From: a virus
Lineage: Duplodnaviria > Caudoviricetes
IMG/VR virus record: IMGVR_UViG_3300042923_001789
Location: 1 to 41,871 of that record
DNA: 41,871 nt
Strand: one strand, 5' to 3'
In this document: piece by piece, positions 7,410 through 18,048 of the stretch
Position numbering within the stretch: position 1 is the stretch's first letter
How the letters are laid out: every line of letters starts with the position of its first letter
Notes under the pieces: generated by a model
The model's database searches: none
What the model saw: the letters and a program-made list of their open reading frames with translations, nothing else
What the model was told of the DNA's origin: nothing
Translations under genes and position numbers: made by a program

Positions 7410-9641
7410 TTATTGTTCTGCCTTGAATGAAATTCCATCAAGCGAAATCCATGTATATCCTGTGAATGCAAGCACTGTAATGGTTCCGGCTGATGCAACA
7501 TTTATACGCATGTTATTATTTGCTGCATCTGTTGCACAAATAAAATCTAATCTGCTCAATGGTCTATAACCTGAAGGAAGGGTAAATAATATAGTAGCAG
7601 CACCTGGTTTTAAACTGCCTGTTAAATGTACAACACCTGTGGAGTCTTTGTAATATCCTGCTCTAGCCAACCAAGGAGTTCCATATGTAGTCCATCCATT
7701 AATCAAAGTCGGTGTGATCCAATCCTCTTGTTTAACATTAGCCTTATTGGAATTTAACACATCAAAAACATTCTTTAGTTTAGATTTGAAATTAACCGTT
7801 AACCCAACCTGTGGATTGGCTGTAGTATATACATTGGTTATACCTTTGTATGAGATAAGGATTTGATCTGGTAGGATGGTTTCTATTGGTGTGGCAAGTT
7901 CGTAATAAATAGTTACTGGATTAGATGCTAACCAAGATTTAATTCCACCGATATCCTGAGTTGCTAGTCTGGATGTTCCTATTCTTACTCTTAAGTAGTT
8001 TGAGGATTTGGTATAACCCATAGCTTCCGCCCCTAATGTGTAGATATCACTACTAGCAAGTTTAAGTCTATTAGTGATCATTGAAGCATTCCTATCTCGA
8101 TTGGACGCATTAGTTAAAAATTGAAGCGTATTAAACATAATAGTGCCATTGATAATATCGCCTTCAATTTTGCAATCCTCGCTACCATTCAGTATAAATT
8201 TCTCAATTCTCTTGATGTATCTCCATTTACCATCCGTACCTAATTCAATTGTATCAGCTACACCATTTGGTAGTTTTCTTAGTTCATGTGTAACTGTGGT
8301 TTTATTAGAGCCCTTATACGCTGTATATGGTAACGCAGTACCCCCTATATTTAATTGCACTAGCACCTCAGATGGTGATATATTAGCGCCGTCTGTTCGT
8401 CTTATGACAGCTCTAACTTTAGAATACCCAGAAAACGTAATAGAGGAAGCCCATGTCTTAAACTCCTCGATCAATGTTCCATTACTAAGTACTAAGCATA
8501 TTTGATACCCTGCGTTAACAGCTATAGTATGTGTTATTAGTTTGCTGATATTTAAGATATTAGTGGAACGAACCCTAGTTAAGTCTACTGATACATTACT
8601 CATTGGCTGTCCTATTGCACCATTGGTAGACCCTTGCTCTAGCTGACCATCAAACATATTGCTTCCAGAGGCAACAACATCAAAATTACTCGGAAATGTA
8701 ATTGAAGCCACATTATCAGGACTAATATCTGCTGCTTCGTTTGGTTTAGTTACTGTGACAGCTCCTTCAATTTTGGTTAGCTCTACACCGCCTACAAGAT
8801 CATCAGCTACCGTGGATTGAACTGAGGTTCCTGTTTTGCTGTCTACTATGGCAAGGTCTACTTTGTTAGCAATATTCGTTGCATTCGCTAATACATCAGC
8901 TTCGGCTTCTTCAAGTCTAGCATCTAAGGTGCCGAATACTTTAGATTTAACTGCGGAATTTCTTGCAAGCACCAACTCAGCATTAAGAATATTACTTGCC
9001 TTAGTCACGTAATCCCCAGCCACCGGTGTATATGTAGACATTCTAGGAGATACCGCTGATAGATTAATCTGACCTGCAGTTGCTCCACTTGCTACCACCA
9101 ATAAGGCTCCGGTGTCGGTGCTAAGACACTTTACATAGTAGTTATCTAATCCAGTTACGATGGTGTCAATTCGGTTACCTGTTGCTGCCAATTGTGACTT
9201 AATTTCTGGTATCTCTTGTACACGATCTGCCGTATCTGATATCTCTGAATACATACGTTGAAAATCCGCGTACTCATTTACAATTCCACTAGGTAGTGGA
9301 ATACTTTCGATTGGTACACCACTTTCATATATTGTAATTTCAACCTTATTGGTAGGTATGTATTGCGCAGTGGGCGAACTAGAAATGGATACATACAGTT
9401 TGCCTTTTATTATCACATCATCTGGCACGGAACAAATGTTATTTGCATCAAGTTCCACCGGAGTTCCGACTAAAACACCGTTTTGCATTCTTTGAAAAAA
9501 AGCTGATACCGTTCCGGTATAATCACTCGGCATATCAAAATGTGCTTTCAAAAATCCTCTTGAATGTTCTATCACGATATCCTGGTCGACTCGTCTTAAT
9601 GTTTGACCGTTAATTTTAAATTCTAATTGCATAAGGTTCAC
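7410..9641 (-). CDS. Tail fibre / receptor-binding protein
   Basis: 743 aa; baseplate-anchor-like N-terminus; C-terminal WITPTLINGW...GVVHLTG...FTLPSGYRP fibre-tip pattern. Confidence 0.75.
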   Translation of the reverse strand: MNLMQLEFKINGQTLRRVDQDIVIEHSRGFLKAHFDMPSDYTGTVSAFFQRMQNGVLVGTPVELDANNICSVPDDVIIKGKLYVSISSSPTAQYIPTNKVEITIYESGVPIESIPLPSGIVNEYADFQRMYSEISDTADRVQEIPEIKSQLAATGNRIDTIVTGLDNYYVKCLSTDTGALLVVASGATAGQINLSAVSPRMSTYTPVAGDYVTKASNILNAELVLARNSAVKSKVFGTLDARLEEAEADVLANATNIANKVDLAIVDSKTGTSVQSTVADDLVGGVELTKIEGAVTVTKPNEAADISPDNVASITFPSNFDVVASGSNMFDGQLEQGSTNGAIGQPMSNVSVDLTRVRSTNILNISKLITHTIAVNAGYQICLVLSNGTLIEEFKTWASSITFSGYSKVRAVIRRTDGANISPSEVLVQLNIGGTALPYTAYKGSNKTTVTHELRKLPNGVADTIELGTDGKWRYIKRIEKFILNGSEDCKIEGDIINGTIMFNTLQFLTNASNRDRNASMITNRLKLASSDIYTLGAEAMGYTKSSNYLRVRIGTSRLATQDIGGIKSWLASNPVTIYYELATPIETILPDQILISYKGITNVYTTANPQVGLTVNFKSKLKNVFDVLNSNKANVKQEDWITPTLINGWTTYGTPWLARAGYYKDSTGVVHLTGSLKPGAATILFTLPSGYRPLSRLDFICATDAANNNMRINVASAGTITVLAFTGYTWISLDGISFKAEQ

Positions 9642-9663
9642 CCCTTTTTTATAGACTACTTAA

Positions 9664-9996
9664 CTACTTATTATTGAAAAGATCTGGTTTTCTGGTGGTA
9701 TTGATAATTAAATCATCTTTAATTAATGTTACTGTTACGCTTGAAGTTCCATCTTCGTTTTCCTTTATAACAATAGGATAATCCAATTTATCAAAGCACC
9801 CATAATTACCTATTAAGGTTTCACCGGTATATGCTCTTACATCCGAGAATGCATCTATAGTTAATTTTAATTTAAATTCTTCATAACTTTTCACACCATT
9901 TACCGTGAATACTAACTCTTTGTCATTTGGCACTAGAATGCTTTCTATTTCAAATTCTTGCCCACCATTTAATATGATTTTTTGCATTTGCATCAC
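9664..9996 (-). CDS. Hypothetical tail-module protein
   Basis: 110 aa ORF in the tail operon. Confidence 0.65.
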   Translation of the reverse strand: MMQMQKIILNGGQEFEIESILVPNDKELVFTVNGVKSYEEFKLKLTIDAFSDVRAYTGETLIGNYGCFDKLDYPIVIKENEDGTSSVTVTLIKDDLIINTTRKPDLFNNK

Positions 9997-10005
9997 TCCG
10001 ATCTG

Positions 10006-10800
10006 CTATTTCTTTGCGATTAATATTTTAACTGTAGCTCCTATATTTGCGGTGGTTTTAAACATAATGGTAATATTTGTTGTTCCAAGCGAAAACGATA
10101 TATCGCTAGGCAATAGCTCTAACCATGAACCAGATACTAACACATATGCGCTAATGGGATAACAATTATCTTTGTTATACCCGATGGGATATGAAGCCGT
10201 AACACTGCTAGGTGCGGCAGGTGTTGTCGCATTTATTACAGCGGAGCTATTGTTAAAATCATCTCTAATTGCTTTACCTCGAACCGCATCCCATGCTGTA
10301 CCCGAGACATTAGCAGCATCATTATTTGTAATAAGATTGGCTTGCACATAATTTCTTATCATTTGATTGACTACTGACAGATCGGGTGTATATTCTGCAA
10401 TGCCTGTCTCAATGATTGCATTGAGTTTGTTCATTAATTGTTGAACGACATTTTGCTCATCTGCCGGTGCATAATCGTCTGGTTTTTCTCTTTCCCTGGT
10501 ATAGAAAGTTATTGTCTTGTATGTTCTCCCTTTGTTTTCGTCAGCAACAAAAATATATACATTGAATTCACCTGCATATTGCAATGTTGAAGCCGGCACT
10601 CTAACAGTTGTCACCTTATCCAAAGTTGTTCCTATGACTATTTCAGCGGGAGCATTCTTTCTTGCGAAATGTACTTGCACACTCTCTGGCAGATCTAAAC
10701 CTTTAATAATAAGTGTTCTTCCATAATCATATTGATAAAATGCATTAGGATCGTATATTACACCTGAATTTGTGAATATAACATTAACCACTGTGATCAC
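10006..10800 (-). CDS. Baseplate upper (BppU-like) / short fibre protein
   Basis: YQYDYGRTLII...VHF...VP...AG N-terminal pattern; beta-rich C-terminus. Confidence 0.6.
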   Translation of the reverse strand: MITVVNVIFTNSGVIYDPNAFYQYDYGRTLIIKGLDLPESVQVHFARKNAPAEIVIGTTLDKVTTVRVPASTLQYAGEFNVYIFVADENKGRTYKTITFYTREREKPDDYAPADEQNVVQQLMNKLNAIIETGIAEYTPDLSVVNQMIRNYVQANLITNNDAANVSGTAWDAVRGKAIRDDFNNSSAVINATTPAAPSSVTASYPIGYNKDNCYPISAYVLVSGSWLELLPSDISFSLGTTNITIMFKTTANIGATVKILIAKK

Positions 10801-11686
10801 CTCCGCTGATTTTATTTTCTAAATATTCTACCTTCTGTAGTAAGAGTTGAATAACATAGGTGTTTAGTGCTTCGAATTCTGCATATCTGAGACCGTAATC
10901 ATAATCATTGACATTTCCATCCTTGTCCTCTAAAGGAGTCTTAATGAAGCCTGCAAAGTCCTTAGAATTCATGTTAGTTTCTTCAATTGCTTTCTCTACA
11001 TCTTGCGAAATAAAACCTATGTGTAATCTGTCGTTAGTACCATCGTTAAATTTATATGTAACAGGTTTCAATCTTTTAAATAGTTCTAAATACTTTGAGT
11101 CAATTGGATTAATAGTGTTTTTCTGTCTCTCGTCTGAAGTATTAATCACAGCCGTCTGTGCATATATTTCTTTCCACCGACCAGAATTGCCACTCCCGGA
11201 TCCACCTAAATTCATTGTGCCACTAGGTATAAAACATGGAGTACCATTCATATAAAGCAATAATCCGGCAGTTGCCCCATTTGAATTTTGCAGTGTTGAA
11301 TGTGAATGACTAGATAGTGCAAATCCGTTTAGTTGTGATTGCGTTGCATATCCCTGCAACATTGTAGCTAGTGATTGATCTGTTACGTAATCCTGCAGTA
11401 CTTGGTTTAAATTTTCTAATGTAATATATCCGGGAGGGGTTACGGCACTATCCTGAATTTTACCAGCTATGATATAAGTTCCCGCGAATGGCATCATTAA
11501 AACCACATCATTGTCAGATGGATTATAACTTGATAAATAACAATAGCCTTTTTCACTGGCTACCTCTTCGCCATAAAACTTAACCTTAGCTGTGCCATCC
11601 TGAAATAAATTTGTTACAGCAGCTAATTTAAATAATTCTTCTTTTGGTTGGGACCGTAATTGTACAACTTCTCTTGCATCTACCAT
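10784..11686 (-). CDS. Tail spike/fibre with C-terminal S74 intramolecular chaperone
   Basis: TSDERQKNTI...PVTYKF...HIGFISQDVE...LRYAEF; OB-like N-terminus. Confidence 0.85.
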   Translation of the reverse strand: MVDAREVVQLRSQPKEELFKLAAVTNLFQDGTAKVKFYGEEVASEKGYCYLSSYNPSDNDVVLMMPFAGTYIIAGKIQDSAVTPPGYITLENLNQVLQDYVTDQSLATMLQGYATQSQLNGFALSSHSHSTLQNSNGATAGLLLYMNGTPCFIPSGTMNLGGSGSGNSGRWKEIYAQTAVINTSDERQKNTINPIDSKYLELFKRLKPVTYKFNDGTNDRLHIGFISQDVEKAIEETNMNSKDFAGFIKTPLEDKDGNVNDYDYGLRYAEFEALNTYVIQLLLQKVEYLENKISGGDHSG

Positions 11687-12780
11687 AATTCCACCACTTT
11701 TCTACACGTATGTTTCATTAATCCATCCGTATCAATCTCCCATGAAGTTTCAATAAATTTTTCTGACACTCCCAATGTGGTATTTCTGACATACAAACAA
11801 TCAAGAATTGAATGATGTGGCATTATCATAGATGGAAACTGTATGCCTCCAAATACCTGGCTTTTTTCCGTGGCTACTCTTCTAACATAATCATCTAATG
11901 TTGCTTGATCTGCTATGTCGGTTACTGCTTGTATATCTGTTATAACTCGACCTCGACTTACTGTTGATAATTTATTACTAGCTTTGTCATTAGTAAATAC
12001 TGATCTCATGTAGTCTGCTTCGGGGTTTTGCACATATCTTATGAATTTATTAGGAATTGAGAACGCATCCATGGTTTCACTTGAACCAAACGGAACAATA
12101 GATTTATCGTTGGTTTCATATTCAAATTCATATACTCTATCTTTTGGATTAATATATCGCTTTACCATACAAAACCCATTTTCATTAAAATACACAGAAT
12201 TATAATTAATTGAATTTAACAAATCGTTTATGATTGTTAATTTGCTCGTGCCGATTTCATATTCTTTGTCGACACTTAAAGTCAAATCACTTTCTTGTAT
12301 GCTTATCTTTGTTATTCCAGTGGATAAAATTAATACTCTTATCGCGTCAGTGTATAATGTACCTTTGGGTATAAAATATCGGTTATCTGTTATATCCTCT
12401 TTCAAAATAAGGCCTTTATCATAGGCTTCAATATCTCTGTATACTCCACCATTTTGTTCTGTCCTGTTCGGAGAGCTTAAAAGATATATTCCTTGTTGCC
12501 ATTTTAACCATTCGCCTCTAACAAATAAGCAAAACACCGGTCTGATTTGTTCGCTTAGAAAATTAATATCCTTGTATCGTTTTTCATTCATGTTAAATCT
12601 AGCTGATCCTTTAATCTCAGCAAACGAATTAAAAGAATAGGAACCACTGCACTCGTCAATGGTCCCTATTTTCTTATCGTTTTTATCAAGTAATTCATAC
12701 TCGAATTTTATAACTCGATTGGATTTTAAAGCATCTTTTACTTGCGTAGCGGTGAATGATCCTTTTGCTAGACTCTGCAT
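11680..12780 (-). CDS. Baseplate hub / Tal-like tail protein
   Basis: 366 aa between the distal tail and spike genes; hub-like pattern (INDLLNSINY...PNKFI). Confidence 0.65.
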   Translation of the reverse strand: MQSLAKGSFTATQVKDALKSNRVIKFEYELLDKNDKKIGTIDECSGSYSFNSFAEIKGSARFNMNEKRYKDINFLSEQIRPVFCLFVRGEWLKWQQGIYLLSSPNRTEQNGGVYRDIEAYDKGLILKEDITDNRYFIPKGTLYTDAIRVLILSTGITKISIQESDLTLSVDKEYEIGTSKLTIINDLLNSINYNSVYFNENGFCMVKRYINPKDRVYEFEYETNDKSIVPFGSSETMDAFSIPNKFIRYVQNPEADYMRSVFTNDKASNKLSTVSRGRVITDIQAVTDIADQATLDDYVRRVATEKSQVFGGIQFPSMIMPHHSILDCLYVRNTTLGVSEKFIETSWEIDTDGLMKHTCRKVVELW

Positions 12781-12782
12781 CT

Positions 12783-14867
12783 TTATTCCTCCAATCTTGT
12801 TAATGTAAAGCTTAGTATATATCCGAAAACATCTTCCCGTATCACTACGTTTGATATTTCTACTACGTAGCTATACCCTTTATCATTTCTGTACAAAAGT
12901 GTGTTATAACTCGATATACGGTAAAAATCATCAAATTGATTGCTTGATATAAAATATTCGTGTTGCTCTGCGTGATTTTTATTTGTTGTACTTTGAGATA
13001 TTGGATATTCCCTGCCATTACAATAAGTTTTGTGTTGATCCTTTGACAAAGATATTGTTTTTCTTTTATCGTTATCTTTAGTTTTCCATAGTTGAATAAA
13101 ATCAGATTGATTTTGAAGATCAGATATTATAATGCCATCGAAATTTAATTCTAACATTAATATATCACTGTCGTTAAATCCGCTATCACTCAATGCTCTA
13201 ACAAAATATTGATTTTGTCCGGCCGATGCTGAGTAATCTAATAATGTATTACTTGTAATAGACGCTATTTGAATATAATCATGATCTTTGCTGCCTTTAC
13301 GATATATTAAGTTTTTAGCAGTATTTGACGTAATCAATATCGAGTTATACAGTTCTTTTTCGGTACCAGTAATAATTGGTTTATCTGGCTTTATTGTGCT
13401 GATAGTAAATAAATAAATCGTTTCTGCACTCCAAAATCCATAAATATTACTCGTTTTTACACCAACTGAATAACTTCCATCATGCAAATATTTATCTATT
13501 TTATAACTATTGATCGTTGCCCCCGGTACTTCTTGGCTATCATAAATAATTAGACCGTTTTCGTATATCTTTATAACGAACAAATCTTGTTCTGTTGAAT
13601 GCCAATTGATTGTAGGTTGAGCTTTATTAGTAACGCTTGTTATTTCGGGACTGTTTGGTCTGCCTATCGAATAAAATGTATACCAATCAGAATAAGGACC
13701 AACTTCGTTGAATGCATTGTAACATCTTACTCTCCATTTATAATTACCCCCACTTAAAACATTTATAGGTAAAGAGTATTGGTTGAGCACATTCGTAATA
13801 CTTACAGTTGTTGCAGCATCTGTTCCCTTTTGGTATTGTAAGTCAAACTTGGCTTGACTATATCCATATTGATCTGTAAACTTCCATCTAAAAACAACAA
13901 TATCGGAAGAATTGACAATTGTATTTACAGGATTTATTACTTCCGGTACCGATGGGAGAGTCGCCCCAATTGTAAAGCTTGCAATATCAGAAAACTCCGA
14001 AACATCTCCGTTGCTATCTGTTACTTTAACTTTCCATTTGACTGTTGCACCATTAGTAAATGTATTAGCCGGTATCACGTGATAATTATTTGTTGTTCCA
14101 GACACCGTTGTTGATGTAGCAAAATTATCAATTGAATACACTAATTGATATGCTGCCTGTGTCGTCCCCATATTTTCGTCTTGAAAATTCCATGATAACT
14201 TAATTTCTCCGGCTCTGTTTCTGGCTGAATTAGATGGTATTAAGTTAGTAGGCTTGGGCGGTACATAATCAATGTAAGTAACTTCGAGTTTTGGTGCATA
14301 AGTAGACCCGGCTTCTAGTGATATGAAATTAATAGCATTTACCCCAGACATGAGGGAGTAATTTTCGTCAAAGAACATTGCCACAATGCATTCGGAATTT
14401 GAATAACTCTTGACATTGTAGGATAAATAACCACCGGTTGTATATGAAATGCTTGCGGATGCGTCATTAACATCATCCTTGACTCCGTAAGGATTATTTA
14501 AACCCATTTTACTTTGAACATCATTATACGTAAGTGCATCTATTTCATTTAATGTATAGCCGTTTAATGCTCTTGCTTTAACTGCTGTTTGCGGTGGATT
14601 GGTATAATATTCTACTAAGTGCCAAGATAATCCCTGAGACTCGTTATATAAGTTATTATAATAAGCTTTAAATACAAGGTTGGTTATGATCTTATTATTT
14701 GGGATAGATGATAAATCAAATCCGATAATACTTGCATAATTTCCCTTGCCTGACTCTACGCGTGATACCTTTAATTGACTAGATCCAGAGAAGTTGCCTA
14801 ATGGACTTTTGCCAGATATATAAGTATCTTTTACTGCGGATAATATTATATTAGCCAATAGGTACAA
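12783..14867 (-). CDS. Distal tail protein with DNRLRE-like and FN3-like domains
   Basis: KDTYIS...IGFDLSSIP...PKLEVTY N-terminal domain; repeated P..P...P / W / WKVKV, WRVRC FN3-like units; follows the tape measure gene. Confidence 0.65.
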   Translation of the reverse strand: MYLLANIILSAVKDTYISGKSPLGNFSGSSQLKVSRVESGKGNYASIIGFDLSSIPNNKIITNLVFKAYYNNLYNESQGLSWHLVEYYTNPPQTAVKARALNGYTLNEIDALTYNDVQSKMGLNNPYGVKDDVNDASASISYTTGGYLSYNVKSYSNSECIVAMFFDENYSLMSGVNAINFISLEAGSTYAPKLEVTYIDYVPPKPTNLIPSNSARNRAGEIKLSWNFQDENMGTTQAAYQLVYSIDNFATSTTVSGTTNNYHVIPANTFTNGATVKWKVKVTDSNGDVSEFSDIASFTIGATLPSVPEVINPVNTIVNSSDIVVFRWKFTDQYGYSQAKFDLQYQKGTDAATTVSITNVLNQYSLPINVLSGGNYKWRVRCYNAFNEVGPYSDWYTFYSIGRPNSPEITSVTNKAQPTINWHSTEQDLFVIKIYENGLIIYDSQEVPGATINSYKIDKYLHDGSYSVGVKTSNIYGFWSAETIYLFTISTIKPDKPIITGTEKELYNSILITSNTAKNLIYRKGSKDHDYIQIASITSNTLLDYSASAGQNQYFVRALSDSGFNDSDILMLELNFDGIIISDLQNQSDFIQLWKTKDNDKRKTISLSKDQHKTYCNGREYPISQSTTNKNHAEQHEYFISSNQFDDFYRISSYNTLLYRNDKGYSYVVEISNVVIREDVFGYILSFTLTRLEE

Positions 14868-16521
14868 CCCCCTGTCTGTATTGTTGTTTTAGACCATTCG
14901 CCCATTTAACAATATTATTTATCTGCACTAAATCATCTGCCGGTACAGTAATGCTTATATATGTGTCTCCTGTCATTCCTTGACTTTCAGCATTAGTATA
15001 AACTTTACTTCCTCTTGGCAATTCAACTATTTCTGGACCAGCTTCACCTACCCATGCACGTCCACCATCTGAATTCCTTGTACCGTTTGCATATCCTATG
15101 GCTCTTGATGTGTTTTGTGGAACCTGAGAGACTGTACTTGTCATTGTACTGACCGAATTACCAATAGCATTCATGGACCCTTGTAATTCATTGCTTTTAC
15201 CGGATATAACTGCTATGATGGCAGCTAACGCAATTAAAGCAGCTACTACCGCCATAATAATTCCAACCGTCTTTAATGTCTTTGTGTCAACTGTATCTAG
15301 AAATGATTTTATTGTACCTGCTGTTTCAGTAACAGATTTAATAGCTTTGACCACCAATACTACAGTAGTTATTACACTGGCTAGTACAACTAATGTTTGA
15401 AGGACCGGAACTGGTATATTAGCAATAGCTGTAAATAAAGCTGTTAAAACCGGAAGTAAAGCTAATCCAAGGCTATTTTTAAGTGCTCCGGTTGTATTCT
15501 CTAGCTTATCCATTGCATCTTTCATTTTTCCTAATTTGTCAAGGCTGTCCTCACTCATGACCGTTCCCATGTTCTCGGCTTCAATTCCTAATTCCTTAAG
15601 CCTTTTACTTCCGGCTTCAATTAATGGATTTAGTTCCTTTGCAGACTTTCCGAGAACAGTCATTGCTAATGCATCTCGTTCGGTTTCGTTCTTAATCTTC
15701 CCTAACGCATCGATAGTCTGATAAAACACTTCTTGTGAGTCTAATAAAACACCGTTGCCGTCTTTATATCTTACGTGAAGTTGTTTGAATGCATCATCCA
15801 GTTCCTTGGAGCCTTTTCTGGCATCATCCATGTTCCTGGTAAGCTTTGTCATGGATCCTGTCATAGCGCTTACTTCAACATCTAAAAAGTCTGAGGCATA
15901 CTGCATCTTTTGAAGTTCATCTGTCGCAATTCCAGTAGTCGCACTAAGAGTCAGCAAATCGTCTGCCATATTAGCTGCTGAGATTGTAAAACTAGCAAAT
16001 GTTCCAATTATGGCGCCTATACCAAGTACCGCATTGCCTACATTTTTATCTAGCCCATCAAACTTAGTAGCAACACTTTCCAGTGCCGGACTAACATTCA
16101 ATCCCATTGAAGTTGCCATTCCTCTAATCGAGTCACCGAATGATGCTGTGCTTTTTGTTGCTGCATCTATTTTGGTTTTATTCTCAGACAGTTCATTGTT
16201 TAATTTTTGTAAGGTTGTTTGGTTGTTTATGTAGGCTTTTTGCAGATTATCAAGTTGCTTATCAGATGCTTTTCCACTTGCCACTGCTTTATCGTATGCA
16301 TCTTTCGATTGCTCTACTTTTTTAGATTGAAGATTAATCTGCTGTGATAATTTTTCTTGTTTCAGTGTGAGTTGGTCAGTTTCACTTCCGTAGGCTTTGA
16401 CCTCTTCTTTGGTTAGCTTGAATTGAGCTTCTAATAATCCCATTTTACGGTTTATTTCTGCTGTACTTCCATCTAACTGTGAATAGTCCATTCCTAATGT
16501 AATTACTTTTTTATTACTCAT
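14851..16521 (-). CDS. Tape measure protein (short, 556 aa)
   Basis: Coiled-coil N-terminus, hydrophobic segments, YANGT...WVGEAGPE C-terminal motif. Confidence 0.88.
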   Translation of the reverse strand: MSNKKVITLGMDYSQLDGSTAEINRKMGLLEAQFKLTKEEVKAYGSETDQLTLKQEKLSQQINLQSKKVEQSKDAYDKAVASGKASDKQLDNLQKAYINNQTTLQKLNNELSENKTKIDAATKSTASFGDSIRGMATSMGLNVSPALESVATKFDGLDKNVGNAVLGIGAIIGTFASFTISAANMADDLLTLSATTGIATDELQKMQYASDFLDVEVSAMTGSMTKLTRNMDDARKGSKELDDAFKQLHVRYKDGNGVLLDSQEVFYQTIDALGKIKNETERDALAMTVLGKSAKELNPLIEAGSKRLKELGIEAENMGTVMSEDSLDKLGKMKDAMDKLENTTGALKNSLGLALLPVLTALFTAIANIPVPVLQTLVVLASVITTVVLVVKAIKSVTETAGTIKSFLDTVDTKTLKTVGIIMAVVAALIALAAIIAVISGKSNELQGSMNAIGNSVSTMTSTVSQVPQNTSRAIGYANGTRNSDGGRAWVGEAGPEIVELPRGSKVYTNAESQGMTGDTYISITVPADDLVQINNIVKWANGLKQQYRQGVVPIG

Positions 16522-16525
16522 TTCA

Positions 16526-16789
16526 TCACCAACCTTCGGTTTCCTTCATGCTATTTACATATCTGACCTCTTCTTTTTGTCCGAAATACTTTGATTGATA
16601 TTTTTCGTTCTTCATGGCTGCAGCTTGCAATTGCATTTCATCTGCGTACATATCGATCATGGATACCACTTTAGCAAAACTACTATTCCAAAATTCATCC
16701 TCAGTACGTTTCATTTTGATGCAATAAACATAATATAGGTAATCAAAATCTATTTCTTCGATAGAAGAAACATCTCCATCAACTTTTTT
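16526..16789 (-). CDS. Tail assembly chaperone -1 frameshift extension (gpGT-like)
   Basis: The -1 frame is open from slippery A AAA AAG (16789-16783): VDGDVSSIEEIDFDYLYYVYCIKMKRTEDEFW... Confidence 0.82.
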   Translation of the reverse strand, partial: KKVDGDVSSIEEIDFDYLYYVYCIKMKRTEDEFWNSSFAKVVSMIDMYADEMQLQAAAMKNEKYQSKYFGQKEEVRYVNSMKETEGW

Positions 16790-17109
16790 TGCAGGTCTTT
16801 TTGAACCTCATTCTTTCCTGCTCCCATAGTCTCATTAAAAGCGTTTATTATGATTGTTATGGTTTCAGGGTCCAGACAAGCAACAACTTTTCTTGCTTCT
16901 TCTAAATCAAAGCTTTCGTTTCTGTCCGCTCCACCAATATATACAATCTTTGCACATATCTCAGGTATTGTTGGATCTTTTAAGAACTCATTGGCTAATT
17001 CATTGAAATGCAAAAGAGCCTTGACGTCATAAACAAGTTCAAGGTTCTTACCATCTTCAAATACTAATTCTAATTCTGTTAAAGGTTTTACGTTTATTCT
17101 TTTCTTCAT
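16750..17109 (-). CDS. Tail assembly chaperone (gpG-like)
   Basis: Between major tail and tape measure genes; slippery site near the 3' end. Confidence 0.8.
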   Translation of the reverse strand: MKKRINVKPLTELELVFEDGKNLELVYDVKALLHFNELANEFLKDPTIPEICAKIVYIGGADRNESFDLEEARKVVACLDPETITIIINAFNETMGAGKNEVQKDLQKKLMEMFLLSKK

Positions 17110-17112
17110 AGG

Positions 17113-17703
17113 TTACGCCCCTGTCACTAATATTCCACCAGGTATGGTATTAAGAAATGCTGCTGCAGATGCCTTGGAAAAACTTGAATTTGCGGTATCA
17201 CCAAAGGCTCTGATATCACCATCAAACTCTCTCGGCATAGCACCAAATGTAATTGTATCAGTGGAAAAAGTCATATTGTTGGTTGTCTGCTGTGCGTTCT
17301 GTCCAAATGGTCTCGCCTTACATTTGTACAACCATACCACCTCGGAGTTATCTCCAGTTTCCTCTAATTCATAGCCAACAGCAATTTCCTTGGCTTGATC
17401 ATTTTTATTTTCTGTAAGCACACCGTTTTCGTACTGGTTTCCTAAGATTTCTGCTCTCGCTTCAACATAAACTTTATTAACGTCAACTTGTAAAGCTCCA
17501 CCTGTAAGTTTAGCTACGTCTTCCGTCTTGACACCGCCTCCGTACAGTTCACCTGTTGCTAATGTTGGAGCCCACTGTACTGTCATTGGCTCTCCAAGAG
17601 CCTTAATAGGTCCGTAATTATACGCAGTCTTATCATCTTTTGATATAATAGAATAAACAATTCTTTTTACGTTAAATCTATTTGCTTTAACACTGTTTGG
17701 CAT
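17113..17703 (-). CDS. Major tail protein (phi13-like family)
   Basis: ELYGGG, AVGYE, VWLYKCK motifs; position. Confidence 0.88.
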   Translation of the reverse strand: MPNSVKANRFNVKRIVYSIISKDDKTAYNYGPIKALGEPMTVQWAPTLATGELYGGGVKTEDVAKLTGGALQVDVNKVYVEARAEILGNQYENGVLTENKNDQAKEIAVGYELEETGDNSEVVWLYKCKARPFGQNAQQTTNNMTFSTDTITFGAMPREFDGDIRAFGDTANSSFSKASAAAFLNTIPGGILVTGA

Positions 17704-17706
17704 TGT

Positions 17707-18048
17707 TTAATCCTCGCTTTCTTTTAATAATTCAAATGTGTAATATGTGTGATGCATTTTGGTGCTATTTTCATAACTGTAATCCATTACTGGATACGAA
17801 AATGAATTTTGGTTTTTTATCATTTCGCTTATGTTCTTAATTTCTGTTTTAATATCCTGAGACTTTTTTTGATACCATATATCAACTTGACAAGAACCAA
17901 TTTCTTCAGTAGATTTACCTCCTCCGAATAAGGCTCCATCTAGACCGAATAAATGAAATGTAACACACGGGAATACTCCCGGTTTCGGTTCGTCCAATAC
18001 CGTAACAGATGTTGCAGATTTTAATAAAGCTTTAATTCTTTCTTCCAT
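17707..18048 (-). CDS. Tail completion/terminator protein
   Basis: FPCVTF...QVDIW pattern; position. Confidence 0.7.
   Translation of the reverse strand: MEERIKALLKSATSVTVLDEPKPGVFPCVTFHLFGLDGALFGGGKSTEEIGSCQVDIWYQKKSQDIKTEIKNISEMIKNQNSFSYPVMDYSYENSTKMHHTYYTFELLKESED

Noticed and set aside
7410-11686. Diversity-generating retroelement or invertible fibre cassette
   Set aside because: No reverse transcriptase, invertase or TR/VR-like duplicated segment noticed.
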